DNA of 64,000 nt. It comes from a virus. Lineage: Duplodnaviria > Caudoviricetes. Position numbers and translations under genes: made by a program. The stretch is from IMG/VR virus record IMGVR_UViG_3300045257_000280, positions 1,377-65,376 of that record, one strand, 5' to 3'. The notes under the pieces are model-generated. The model saw only the letters and a list, made by a program, of their open reading frames with translations. It did not search any database and was not told the DNA's origin. Of this stretch, positions 47,133 through 56,384 are shown piece after piece (within the stretch, counting starts at the first letter, position 1; each line of letters opens with the position of its first letter).

Positions 47133-47143
47133 GCCGGCCTCTC
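47117..47143. terminator. Terminator hairpin between convergent genes
   Basis: AAAAGGCCGGC-GGTTAA-GCCGGCCT. Confidence 0.7.
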
Positions 47144-47169
47144 GCAAAGTCTTACCAGCGCACGGCGCT

Positions 47170-47436
47170 TCACGCTTCGCCGCGGTCAATCTTCGCCAGA
47201 TGCTCAAACAAAGCCGGATGCAACGCTCGCGCCTCTGCCTCGCTAATAGGCTTCACAAACAGCGCGGGGTCGAACCAAAACGTGTCAACCTCTGCCGTGT
47301 TGTTAATCGTGCGCGCAGCACCATACCCGAAATAATGCCCCATAAAATCCGGGTCATCATCTTCGATCGGCCAATTATCAGGAATGAAAATCACCGTCGA
47401 TGATCCGCGTTCATCATGCTGGTAATACTTATCCAT
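47170..47436 (-). CDS. Early hypothetical protein
   Basis: 88 aa with own RBS and promoter. Confidence 0.6.
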   Translation of the reverse strand: MDKYYQHDERGSSTVIFIPDNWPIEDDDPDFMGHYFGYGAARTINNTAEVDTFWFDPALFVKPISEAEARALHPALFEHLAKIDRGEA

Positions 47437-47544
47437 GACTCTCTCCCTTGCTGGTATTCAATCCACTACTCTCTATCAAACCGCAAGTCAACACGAAAAA
47501 AGGGCGCCCCCTAGAGCGCCCTCGTTCGCGGGACAGTCTTGGCG

Positions 47545-47697
47545 CTACCTTTTGCGCTGGTGTGACAGTCCTCCGCGTGCCGCCAATTCCTCAAACGCTT
47601 CCCGCTTTATACGTTCCACGTCCGCCTTGATCTCAGCATTTGTCGGCTCGCGCCCGAGCTTGGCGCGCAACGCCTCATAGATGGTTGGCTTACGCAT
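47545..47697 (-). CDS. Early hypothetical protein (50 aa)
   Basis: MRKPTIYEALRAKLGREPTNAEIKADVERI..; terminator hairpin follows at ~47497-47523. Confidence 0.6.
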   Translation of the reverse strand: MRKPTIYEALRAKLGREPTNAEIKADVERIKREAFEELAARGGLSHQRKR

Positions 47698-48025
47698 GGC
47701 GCTTCACCGCGGCGTCCTGCCGCGCCATTTCGGCGGCAAACTCGTCGCGGTGCGCGCGACTGATTCGCCGGCATACTTTCGGCCGGTAGCCGACGCTCAC
47801 CAGCTCCGCGAGCAAATCCTTATATTCCTCGGGCTTCGCTGCACGCGTCGAATAGTACCATTCCCAAGAACAGCCCGAATGCTGCCCGACATGCGCGTAA
47901 CACGTCATCTGCAATCCCGCATAGTCGTTCGAAATTGTCGGGAATACGGCCGTCACATCGCCTTTGAATTTTCCGCTTCGCTCCGCGCGGAACACCACTG
48001 GGGTAAATTCCTTATCCGATTCCAT
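47690..48025 (-). CDS. Early hypothetical protein
   Basis: TPVVFR..AVFP..TCYAHVGQHS..Y..L..EL..GY, a recurring phage family motif. Confidence 0.7.
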   Translation of the reverse strand: MESDKEFTPVVFRAERSGKFKGDVTAVFPTISNDYAGLQMTCYAHVGQHSGCSWEWYYSTRAAKPEEYKDLLAELVSVGYRPKVCRRISRAHRDEFAAEMARQDAAVKRHA

Positions 48026-48084
48026 TGCACTCTCCCATTTCCGATCCCTTTACTCTCTACCTCTCCGCTCCCATTGTCAACAGC

Positions 48085-48117
48085 AAAAACCCGCGGAGCT
48101 AACCGCGGGCTTTTCTT
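48085..48117. terminator. Intrinsic terminator
   Basis: AAAACCCGCGG-AGCTAA-CCGCGGGCTTTTCTT. Confidence 0.75.
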
Positions 48118-48131
48118 GCTTCCTTTCTGGC

Positions 48132-48350
48132 CTAACCTTGCGCAAGGCGCATGGCCTCGAACGCCAAGTGCAAATCCTCATCCGCCTCGATCTTGGCGTA
48201 ATACGAGTCGCGCAATTCCCCGAGATTGCTCAACGCCGCACGCGGCACATCCCACCGTGAGTCATAGCCGGCGGCGCTAACCGCTTGGCTAAACGCCACG
48301 TCGGCGTCATGCGCCTTGCGGTACAGGTTGATAAATCCCTCGGTCGTCAT
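48132..48350 (-). CDS. Early hypothetical protein
   Basis: GGAAGGA RBS. Confidence 0.6.
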   Translation of the reverse strand: MTTEGFINLYRKAHDADVAFSQAVSAAGYDSRWDVPRAALSNLGELRDSYYAKIEADEDLHLAFEAMRLAQG

Positions 48351-48435
48351 GGTCCTTCCCTTCTAAAACCCGCTCCAAACCCGTTCTAAGGGGCGCCAAG
48401 GGGGTTTGGCTTGGCGCCTGGTGCTTCCTAGGCCG

Positions 48436-49005
48436 CTACCGGCCGCTCACCCAAGTATGCTTACCGGGCTTTGCCGGATCGTGGGCACCATGCTGGCCTA
48501 TCACGGCGCCGAACGCCTTGACCGAAGGCTTCACCGTGCACTTGCCGCTCAACGCGTCGCCAAGATCGACCAGCGTTTGCGTACCCTCGTCCGGATCAGT
48601 AACCCACCACTTGCCCTCGTCCCAGACGTAAGTAAATTCCGTCCAGGTGTCGGCTTCCGGCCACACCGCTTGCAACGTGTCGCCAACCTTGCCGGCTTCG
48701 TGCGCGATCAGCTCAGCTTTCGTTTTTGCGATCTCTTGGCACCACATCCCGACCGCACGATCGCGAGAGTATGAAACGCAATGTCCCTCAACCTTATGGT
48801 CGAAAGTGTGCCCCTTGGGCTTCGTCACGCTTGGCGCAAGGCTCGACAAATTTCCCAGCGCCACAAGTGCCTCGACATGTTTTTGATCGGTGTAAGAATC
48901 GAAAAGGATTCGACCGTTGTGCGAGAGGTAGCCGTCCCAATGGCAATAAATCCGAGACCACTTACCGTCCGCCCGATGCACGATGATATTGCTTCGCGTT
49001 CCCAT
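48436..49005 (-). CDS. Conserved early phage protein (MGTRS..YCHWDGY family)
   Basis: MGTRSNI..IYCHWDGY..NG..L..Y..LG.LS.L motif. Confidence 0.75.
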   Translation of the reverse strand: MGTRSNIIVHRADGKWSRIYCHWDGYLSHNGRILFDSYTDQKHVEALVALGNLSSLAPSVTKPKGHTFDHKVEGHCVSYSRDRAVGMWCQEIAKTKAELIAHEAGKVGDTLQAVWPEADTWTEFTYVWDEGKWWVTDPDEGTQTLVDLGDALSGKCTVKPSVKAFGAVIGQHGAHDPAKPGKHTWVSGR

Positions 49006-49092
49006 TTCACTCTCCCATTGGTTCACTTTCCGCCTTTTCCTTTACTCTCTACTAGAGGGGGTGTCAACTGGTATTTTGCGTTTCCCGGCCGG

Positions 49093-49287
49093 CTGAAGGG
49101 TTCTGAACACTGAAGGGTTTGTTTTCAGTCGCGAATCTTATGTGCGATTCCTCCCTTATGCCGCATAGATAAGAAAGCAAGAATTGGCCTCACATGTGAG
49201 AATAAACTATTCATTACTATTCAACCATTCAGGAATATAATAATATCAATGGCTTATACTGAAGGGTCCTGAAGGGTCCTGAAGGGT
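49093..49287. repeat. Iteron-like CTGAAGGGT repeats flanking an AT-rich tract; probable replication origin
   Basis: Copies at 49093, 49110, 49259, 49269, 49279, plus an inverted copy at ~49406; AT-rich 49200-49260; abuts the primase 3' end. Confidence 0.7.
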
Positions 49288-51695
49288 TAGGGGTGCCAAT
49301 CGGTCAAAGTATTGCGCCAAGGCCATTGTCCGAATTTAACTGCCCACAGGCGTCTAGCTTCAATTAAATTCGGAAAACGCCAATAATTTCCATTTTCGCG
49401 GTGCAACCCTTCAGCCCCGAAGCCTCGAAGGAATCTCCCCAAGGCGGTTGCCGATGCCTCTTTTAGCTTCGGAACATCGTCGCGCGCGCGGTCATAAACG
49501 GTTGTTGCCGGGATCACTCCATGAGTCGCGTCGGGCTTGCCAGGCAACACACCGCTTTGCAGTACCGACTCCCACCACTCATGGCGCGGATCCAGGCTGC
49601 GCGCCTTCTGTTCCGCGAGCGCGGCGGTGCGGACAATCTTTCGCGGATGCCAGCCCTTCAAATCGTAGGCCAGTAGATCGTGCAACATCGCCGCCAACCC
49701 GCCGCTCACCATCTCGGCACGCAACGCTGCGAAGTAGGCTTCATCTCCCATGCGCGACGACGACACCTCGAACACCGCGTATCGACGTTCGTCGTGACTC
49801 GCCGGCACCACCCATTCGGCATTTGCCGCCATGATGACGTGTAGCCGGTTTTTCCATGCCGTCGCGTCGATACCCTTTTGCTCGATCATCAGCACCGGCT
49901 CGGTGAGCATTCCTTTGAGCACCGCCTCGCCGTGCTTGTCGCCGGCCCAGAATGCCTCGTCGGCGAACAGGAACAGGCAATTACGCAAATGCCCGTTGAA
50001 GGCGCCGACGAGGTGCTTCGAGTTGAAAATATGCAAGCCGTGCTGCCCGAAAATCTGCCGCATGGCGTCCGCGAATGTCCCTTTCCCTGACCCTTTGCCG
50101 CCCTTGAGCACCAGCGCCGCCTCGGCGCGCTCGCCCGGATGCTGCACCGCCCAAGCGGCCCAGCGCGCGATGTAGTCCGCGGACGGCCGATCGCCGGCTG
50201 CCAGCACGTCGAGGATGTGAGCGCGCATCAGCGGCCAAGCGCCGGGCTTCGGCTCGATCGCGAAGCCTTGCCACAGGTTGAGCACCTTGCCGGGCAGCTC
50301 GCGCTCGCCGTTCGGCACGAGGTCAATGCCCTCGAAGGTCCGCCGATGACCCCATTTGAGCCAGTACGCGCCCAGCGACTTCACTTCTTCGACCGTCTGC
50401 CCGTCCTCGTCTTGGCTTTTCAGCGTGACGTATTTGTGAGCATACCTTTCGGAAAAGCTCTTAAAGCTCTGGAAAGACGGCACCTTTACGGTGCGATCGA
50501 CCTTGCTATCGACCCAGGACATGACAAGGCACTTGCCCCCCAAATCACCGATTGCGGCGAACTTTTGATTAAGTTTTATAAGGGGGTTGCCGGGTTTGTC
50601 TAAATCTATTTCGGCGAAAAGTTGCGCTAGGCTCTTGTGTCCGTTGAATTCCTCGGCGCCGGGCTTAAAAAACTCAGGTTCTTGTGGTGTCTCTTTAGCT
50701 TCCGGTGCTAAGTTCTGCTCTGGCACCATTTTCGGTTCGCGCGAGGGAATCGTGAAAGTCGGGTCTATCTCGCGCGCTTCGTGAACCAGGGTGCCGAAGC
50801 CAATCGCATTCGGCGGTGAATTAGCGTAATGCTGCCAACGGGCTGTAGTGGCATCCTCGTCGTATTTCTTGCTCTTGGCTGATAGCATGTGGAACATCGA
50901 CAGCCCATAATCGGCGCCGCCCGAGGCTGCCCAGATCGCCATGCCGAGCCGGTTCCAGTCCTCCCAGCCACGGTTGTCATTGGCGATCAGCGCCACGACT
51001 GCCGCAAGGTCATCGGGATCCGGCAGTTCCTCCATCCCATCAGCCGCTCGATCGGCCAGCCGGGGCAGCGCGCCAGCTCGCAGGTATTCGGGCACCTTGG
51101 CATCGCTGTGCGCTGTGCGCTTGGCGCCGCCCGGTCGCGCCCGGAACCAGTCGAGCATCCACGCCGGCATGTCGCTTATGTCTGCACTGGCGTCGAGCCA
51201 GTGGTAGCGCTTGCCCGAGGCGTGCATCGATGGCGGGGCTACCACTAGTCCGCCCTCGCCTCGGATATCGAGGCCAGCGCCGCTATTTGTGGGTGCTCGA
51301 TTGGCGTACAGATAGAGGTGCCGCCCGCCGCCTTCGCGGCCAGATACAGCCATCAAGGTAGGGTCGAGCTGCCGGCCGGCCAGCAACTGCCTTAACGTTG
51401 CTACGCCCTCGGCGCCGTCCACATCCACTACGGCCAGCTCGCCGCCTGTGGGGAGGCCGAGGTTGCGGCGCTCGCCCTTGACCCCATCGAACCAAGCATG
51501 GATTTGTGCCGGTTCGCAAGAAGCCGCGGCGAATGCCTTGCCGGTGCGAATGCAGGGGTGTTTGCCCGGTGAGTCGCATGCAGCGCCGCGCTTGCAGCGA
51601 CAATGCCCTGATTCGTCAATACCGTAGAGAGGAAGGACCGGCCAGCCGCGAGCGCCGTATTGCAATGCTGCTTCTAGTATGCTGGGCGAAGCCAT
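49287..51695 (-). CDS. Bifunctional primase-polymerase + PriCT-2 + SF3-like helicase
   Basis: GWPVLPL, PGKHP, VVDVDG, GRHLY, DIRGEGGLVVAPPSMH; W..LGMA..W..F; GGKGSGKGT, FADEA, ERRY. Confidence 0.92.
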   Translation of the reverse strand: MASPSILEAALQYGARGWPVLPLYGIDESGHCRCKRGAACDSPGKHPCIRTGKAFAAASCEPAQIHAWFDGVKGERRNLGLPTGGELAVVDVDGAEGVATLRQLLAGRQLDPTLMAVSGREGGGRHLYLYANRAPTNSGAGLDIRGEGGLVVAPPSMHASGKRYHWLDASADISDMPAWMLDWFRARPGGAKRTAHSDAKVPEYLRAGALPRLADRAADGMEELPDPDDLAAVVALIANDNRGWEDWNRLGMAIWAASGGADYGLSMFHMLSAKSKKYDEDATTARWQHYANSPPNAIGFGTLVHEAREIDPTFTIPSREPKMVPEQNLAPEAKETPQEPEFFKPGAEEFNGHKSLAQLFAEIDLDKPGNPLIKLNQKFAAIGDLGGKCLVMSWVDSKVDRTVKVPSFQSFKSFSERYAHKYVTLKSQDEDGQTVEEVKSLGAYWLKWGHRRTFEGIDLVPNGERELPGKVLNLWQGFAIEPKPGAWPLMRAHILDVLAAGDRPSADYIARWAAWAVQHPGERAEAALVLKGGKGSGKGTFADAMRQIFGQHGLHIFNSKHLVGAFNGHLRNCLFLFADEAFWAGDKHGEAVLKGMLTEPVLMIEQKGIDATAWKNRLHVIMAANAEWVVPASHDERRYAVFEVSSSRMGDEAYFAALRAEMVSGGLAAMLHDLLAYDLKGWHPRKIVRTAALAEQKARSLDPRHEWWESVLQSGVLPGKPDATHGVIPATTVYDRARDDVPKLKEASATALGRFLRGFGAEGLHRENGNYWRFPNLIEARRLWAVKFGQWPWRNTLTDWHP

Positions 51696-51726
51696 GCCGA
51701 CAACCCCTTGACGTACCTCGGGCGTT

Positions 51727-51960
51727 CGGCTAAATGAGGACTGCGACCTCCCATCTAGCCGTGCAACGAATCCAAGCCCCCGCCACCGTGCGGGGGTTTT
51801 TCATACTCGTCCCGATTTGCAATTTGGTCAAGGACGAAGCCTTGACGGCTTGTTTTAGCCGTCAGGCGTGTTAGGCTCCCTTCGACGCAGTAACTCCCCC
51901 GCTTCTTTGGTTTGTCGCCAGCGAAGCCAACTCGCCCGCCGCAAGGCGGGCATTTTTTAT
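51727..51960 (+). ncRNA. Highly structured intergenic region with two terminators (candidate ncRNA)
   Basis: Stems CGGCTA/TAGCCG, CCCCCGC/GCGGGGG+T5, TCGTCC/GGACGA, TGACGGCT/AGCCGTCA, GCTTC/GAAGC, GCCCGCC/GGCGGGC+T6. Confidence 0.45.
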
Positions 51961-51962
51961 GG

Positions 51963-51993
51963 TTGACAGGGTTCTTGGCTTGCGGTAGAGAGT
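51963..51993 (+). promoter_or_regulatory. Rightward early promoter
   Basis: TTGACA-N17-TAGAGA(GT); shares TAGAGAGT with three leftward early promoters. Confidence 0.65.
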
Positions 51994-52017
51994 GAAAATC
52001 AACAATGGGAGAGTGAT

Positions 52018-52224
52018 ATGGCCAGTGAATACCAATTCGGGCAAAACTATTGTGTGATCGGTCCAGTTTCGGAAAGACGTACATGGGTGTCGGCAAAAAA
52101 TGCTGCGGTTGAACACGCCAAAACGCTTTTGCACGGAAGTAATTCTCAGGAATTGCTCGTCGTAAAAGTCGTAGCACGTGTACGCAGAGCAACGCCGCCA
52201 ATTGAGGTTATCGACGTAAAATGA
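52018..52224 (+). CDS. Hypothetical protein
   Basis: GGGAG RBS. Confidence 0.6.
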   Translation: MASEYQFGQNYCVIGPVSERRTWVSAKNAAVEHAKTLLHGSNSQELLVVKVVARVRRATPPIEVIDVK

Positions 52225-52475
52225 CCTCCAACGCAAAATCCTGGCGTGAATCGCTGAACCTCTCGGTGGCCGACCTCGCCCGCCTGTCAGGCTACAGCGA
52301 GAACGCAATCCGTTGGGCCGAGAAGGGCATCACGCCCCCTCGCACCGCCGCCCACATCGCCGGCAAGCAGAAATCCAAGAAGATCCCGCAAAAGGTCTGG
52401 CAGCGGTTTCGCAATGTCTGCGCGGGCGTCGAGGCGCAGTTGCGCGCTGGCAAGCGCTTTAACTTTGGGGAGTGA
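52221..52475 (+). CDS. XRE-family HTH regulator
   Basis: WRESLNLSVADLARLSGYSENAIRWAEKG. Confidence 0.85.
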   Translation: MTSNAKSWRESLNLSVADLARLSGYSENAIRWAEKGITPPRTAAHIAGKQKSKKIPQKVWQRFRNVCAGVEAQLRAGKRFNFGE

Positions 52476-52476
52476 C

Positions 52477-52632
52477 ATGGAAAACGAAGTAGAACGGCTT
52501 AAGTTGCAACTCCGGGAAGCCGCGCAACGATTTCTGGATGTTGCCGATATTCTCGAAAAAGAAAAAGACTATAATGCCGTTGGTTTTCTTCGAGCCAGCG
52601 GAAAGCGCTATATGCAGGAAGCGGAAAAATGA
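52477..52632 (+). CDS. Hypothetical protein
   Basis: GGGGAG RBS, 51 aa. Confidence 0.5.
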   Translation: MENEVERLKLQLREAAQRFLDVADILEKEKDYNAVGFLRASGKRYMQEAEK

Positions 52633-52699
52633 TCTACTTTCTCACCGCCCACCTCGTCTCCGCGGCGCTCGTCGTCGGGTTGGTTTGGCTTGTGTGTCG

Positions 52700-53029
52700 A
52701 TGTCAACGCGGCTGACCAACAAGCGCTATCGCTGCCCGTGCTGCGGTCAGCTTACGCCGCAGCTTGTCGGCTTCAACGGTGCCATCGTCAAGCTTGGCCC
52801 GAACCAGCAGGCGCTGTTCAACGTTCTCAAAGCGTCGCCGCACGGCATCAGTTGCGCCGCCATTCGCGAGCGCATTTTCACTTCCAAGCGCGACGGCGAC
52901 ACCTATTGCCACAACATTGTTGCCGTCACCACGCATTACGTGAACAAGAAAATTGCCAAGTTCAAGCCGCCGCTCAAGATCGTCTCGACCGGCGGACATG
53001 GCTCGATTTACCGGCTGGTGCGGTTGTGA
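52700..53029 (+). CDS. Winged-helix protein with CPCC motif
   Basis: CPCCGQ, L...QQALF.VL, NIVAV..HYVNKKI, G..YRL (OmpR C-terminal-like). Confidence 0.65.
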   Translation: MSTRLTNKRYRCPCCGQLTPQLVGFNGAIVKLGPNQQALFNVLKASPHGISCAAIRERIFTSKRDGDTYCHNIVAVTTHYVNKKIAKFKPPLKIVSTGGHGSIYRLVRL

Positions 53030-53556
53030 AGATTATCTGCCTCGACTTCGAGACTTTTTATTCGGACGATTACACGTTATCTAAAATGACGACTGAATCG
53101 TATATTAGAGATCGGCGTTTTGAAGCACATGGCGCCGCGATTCGTTGGGGATGGGCTAGTAATTTACATGATAAAGGTGAAATCGAGTGGTTCGATGAAC
53201 CCAAGCTTCGCGACTATTTGCGTAGTGTCATCGATTGGGATGAAACAGCCATCCTAGCGCATCACGCCGCTTTTGATGGCCTTATTCTTTCGCATCATTA
53301 TGGTGTTCGACCTAAATTTTGGTTTGACACCCTTTCGATGGCTCGTTTGGTGATCGGAAATCATTTGAGTGTTGGGCTAGATTCACTTGCCAAGCATTTT
53401 GGACTCGCAGCTAAAAATATTCCTTACAATTTGTTTCGAGGAAAACATTGGTATGAACTTTCGACAGATGTGCAAAAACAAGTTGCAGATGGCTGTTGTC
53501 ATGATGTAGCTTTGACGTGGCAATTATTTGAAAAATTTATAAAAGGTACTTATTGA
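53026..53556 (+). CDS. DNA polymerase family A, 3'-5' exonuclease part
   Basis: LDFETFY (ExoI), AHHAAFDG (ExoII), CCHDV (ExoIII). Confidence 0.88.
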   Translation: MKIICLDFETFYSDDYTLSKMTTESYIRDRRFEAHGAAIRWGWASNLHDKGEIEWFDEPKLRDYLRSVIDWDETAILAHHAAFDGLILSHHYGVRPKFWFDTLSMARLVIGNHLSVGLDSLAKHFGLAAKNIPYNLFRGKHWYELSTDVQKQVADGCCHDVALTWQLFEKFIKGTY

Positions 53557-54050
53557 TGCCCCACAAAGATCCAGCTAAACGCAAAATTTATGCTGCCGAG
53601 TGGTATAAAAAACACTACGCAGAAAATTCTGCTAAATTAGCAGCATTATATAGAGCTAATAAGGGATATTATAAAGCGCGCAGTCAGCAGTGGCGTAGCG
53701 AAAATCACAAACAAATGTTGGCCACGTTGCGCGAGTATCGCCGAGATAATTATGAACGCATAATGATTATTGCTGCGCGCCGACGCGCAAAAGAAAGAGG
53801 TGTTGCTTTCGATCTTGATGAAGCTGATATTTTTATTCCTTTTGAGTGTCCCGTTTTAGGTATTCCATTGTTGCCTAGTAGTAATGGCAAATGGTCTCCT
53901 GGTAGCCCTTCGCTTGATCGTGTTAAGCCAGAATTAGGATATGTAAAAAATAACGTGCGAATAATTTCGTGGAGAGCTAATCAATTGAAACGCGACGCAA
54001 CATTGGAGGAACTTGAACGTATCGTAGAGTATATGAAAGGAAAACGCTAA
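53556..54050 (+). CDS. HNH-like endonuclease splitting the polymerase gene
   Basis: ARRRAK..G..F.L, CPVLGIPL, SPSLDRVKPELGYVKNNVRIISWRANQLK. Confidence 0.88.
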   Translation: MPHKDPAKRKIYAAEWYKKHYAENSAKLAALYRANKGYYKARSQQWRSENHKQMLATLREYRRDNYERIMIIAARRRAKERGVAFDLDEADIFIPFECPVLGIPLLPSSNGKWSPGSPSLDRVKPELGYVKNNVRIISWRANQLKRDATLEELERIVEYMKGKR

Positions 54051-55450
54051 TGGGCGTTCCTTTTCCACACGAAGAATTATTTGTTATTGATACGGTAATT
54101 CGGTGCTTTACTGATCCAGTGCTGCGCGCCGACACCGACATACTTGCCCGTATCTGGGAGAAAGAGGAACATGAAAAAGCGTCGCGCCTCGCGGAACTCG
54201 GCATCGAGGCGGCCGAGCTTCAGTCCGCAGACAAGTTCGCTGCTCTCCTACGCGCGGAAGGAATCGAGCCGGCAACTAAGAACGGCAAGGTGGATAAAAA
54301 GACTGGCAAGCCGCGAGAAATTTATCAATTTGCCAAGAACGACCCTTTCATGGAAAAATTGCGCGAACATGATTCGCTGCGTGTTCGAACGCTGGCGGAA
54401 GCGAGGTTAGGTGAGAAATCTACACTTATGCAGACCCGCGCCGCCACGTTGGGCTGGATGGCAAGTCGCGGACCTCTGTGCGTTTACTTGCGCTACGCTG
54501 GCGCTGGCACGCTCCGAGTGTCCGGCGGCGATGGCGCAAACTGGGTCAACTTCAAACGTGCTTCGGATTTGCGACGCGCCATCATGGCGCCTGATGGCCA
54601 CCTGCTCGCGCCGGTCGATGCTTCCCAGATAGAGTTTCGCGTTTGCATGTACTTGGCGGGACAGGAGGACGAGCTGGAAGTGCTGCGCAGTGGCGGCGAT
54701 CCTTACGTGGATATTGCGAGCGAGTTCTACGGTGAGCGCATCTACAAGGCTTCCAAGGACGATCCGCGGCGTTTGGAGATGGAGCAGAAGCGCGGCGCCG
54801 GCAAGCAGGCCAAGCTGATGTGCATCTACGGCGCGGCTGGCGGCCAATTCCGCAAGACCGCGAAGGCTGGTCTCTACGGGCCACCCATCGACATGAGCCA
54901 GGAGGATGCCGACCGCTTCGTCGATCTGTTCCGCCGCACCCATCCAAAGGTCTGCGACCGCAAGATTGGCTACTGGGCACAGGCCGAGGTAGCGTTGCGG
55001 CGCCTCGCCGATGGCTCCACAATGCAGTGGGGACCGCTGACGATCCGCGATCATCGCATCTACCTACCCGCAGGCCAGCCACTGATCTACGACACACTCG
55101 AATGGCACATTCCAGGTTCGGATGAGGACGTGCGCGAGTTCGAACTAAAAGGTTTTTGGCGCATGAAGACCCGTCACGGCTGGAAAAAAATGTGGGGATC
55201 GAAGCTGACACAAAATATTTGCGAGGCGGTTTCGAGGGTGATCGTTTCGCAAGCCATGAACCGCATAACTGCCAAGGGTTTCCGGGTTCTCAACTGGCCT
55301 TACGACGAACTCCTGATACTGCTTGACAACGATGGACACCAAGAGCAACATCTTCAAGAGTGCATCGCGGAATTCGAAAGAGAAGTTTCGTGGTTGCCGG
55401 GGTTGCCGTTGGCGGCGGAAGGATCGTTGGGGGAGAGGTATAGTAAATGA
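54050..55450 (+). CDS. DNA polymerase family A, polymerase part
   Basis: T.R.SG, DASQIEFRV (motif A), R..GK..L..IYG (motif B), YDEL (motif C). Confidence 0.92.
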   Translation: MGVPFPHEELFVIDTVIRCFTDPVLRADTDILARIWEKEEHEKASRLAELGIEAAELQSADKFAALLRAEGIEPATKNGKVDKKTGKPREIYQFAKNDPFMEKLREHDSLRVRTLAEARLGEKSTLMQTRAATLGWMASRGPLCVYLRYAGAGTLRVSGGDGANWVNFKRASDLRRAIMAPDGHLLAPVDASQIEFRVCMYLAGQEDELEVLRSGGDPYVDIASEFYGERIYKASKDDPRRLEMEQKRGAGKQAKLMCIYGAAGGQFRKTAKAGLYGPPIDMSQEDADRFVDLFRRTHPKVCDRKIGYWAQAEVALRRLADGSTMQWGPLTIRDHRIYLPAGQPLIYDTLEWHIPGSDEDVREFELKGFWRMKTRHGWKKMWGSKLTQNICEAVSRVIVSQAMNRITAKGFRVLNWPYDELLILLDNDGHQEQHLQECIAEFEREVSWLPGLPLAAEGSLGERYSK

Positions 55451-55742
55451 TTTTAGGAGAAATCACCGAGTACATCTTGCCAGAAACCGACTTGTACCAC
55501 GAGAATCATCCTTTTCATTGGTTGGTGCTGGAAGAAATCGAGGAATACGAATTAGCAATGGCTGCCGCGTGGGAAGAATTCAAATGATTTGTCGCTACGT
55601 TCTTCACGAACGGGTGCTCGACTATCTGATGTGCGGGTGGCATATCCTGATTGCTGACCTTGGACCGAATCATCGCGAATTCTCGGTGATGTTGGCGTGG
55701 CTGTGTGACTGTAAGATGGTGGAACCATGTACACAATCGTAG
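55447..55742 (+). CDS. Two small coupled ORFs (55447-55587, 55584-55742)
   Basis: Manual translation; ATGA overlaps. Confidence 0.45.
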
Positions 55743-55999
55743 ACGACGGCGACGAGATCAACATCCGCGCCACGATCACGCAGCGCTGGGAACTGGCCGA
55801 GCTGGTGACGAAGCTCCAGCAGCGCGTCGATGGAATGCCGGTCAACATTACGACGCCAATGAGTGGCGGTACAGGTTCGGGAGTAACAGCTAGCGTTATT
55901 GTGGAAGATGGCGCGGTTACCAGCATTGGCAATGCGTTTCAATCCACCGAAGGCTACGACAAGATCGACGTAAACCAAAGGGAGCAAGACCATGAGTGA
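55727..55999 (+). CDS. Hypothetical protein
   Basis: 90-aa ORF in the operon. Confidence 0.55.
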   Translation: MYTIVDDGDEINIRATITQRWELAELVTKLQQRVDGMPVNITTPMSGGTGSGVTASVIVEDGAVTSIGNAFQSTEGYDKIDVNQREQDHE

Positions 56000-56384
56000 A
56001 GAACCCGATCCGTTCGCAGCCTTCAAGGAAGGCCAGCCGCCCGCACAGGCCGACCCGCCTGCGGCGGGCAAGAAGAAAAAGATCGCGCGCAAGCGCAACG
56101 GCAAGGTGACGAAGACAGTCAAGACGATACAGCCTTCATCTTCCGGCTACAAGAAAAGTGATAAGGTAACGCTGACGGTCAAAGCCGTCGTTCCAAAAGA
56201 AAAGAAGCCGCGCAAGAAGCGCCAAGCCAAGGAATTGCGACTGCCCATCAGCACACTTTTGGAGATTGGCAGTTTGAGCGACGAGGAATCCGGTGCGCTG
56301 CTCTCGATCGGCGCCGGGCTGCAAAAGCTGCCAAAACGCTCGCGGCAGAAGATCACCGTGGCTCTCTCCAAGATTTTCTCGTGA
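55992..56384 (+). CDS. Lys-rich putative DNA-binding protein
   Basis: KKKKIARKR and KKPRKKR tracts; GGAG RBS. Confidence 0.6.
   Translation: MSEEPDPFAAFKEGQPPAQADPPAAGKKKKIARKRNGKVTKTVKTIQPSSSGYKKSDKVTLTVKAVVPKEKKPRKKRQAKELRLPISTLLEIGSLSDEESGALLSIGAGLQKLPKRSRQKITVALSKIFS

Noticed and set aside
49259-49287. CRISPR-like repeat
   Set aside because: 9-10 bp tandem units without spacers; no cas operon. The Cas4-like gene at 56381 is a standard phage exonuclease.
53553-54052. Group I intron in the polymerase
   Set aside because: The HNH ORF fills the whole gap with overlapping start/stop codons, leaving no evident room for an intron core; not formally excluded without an Infernal search.
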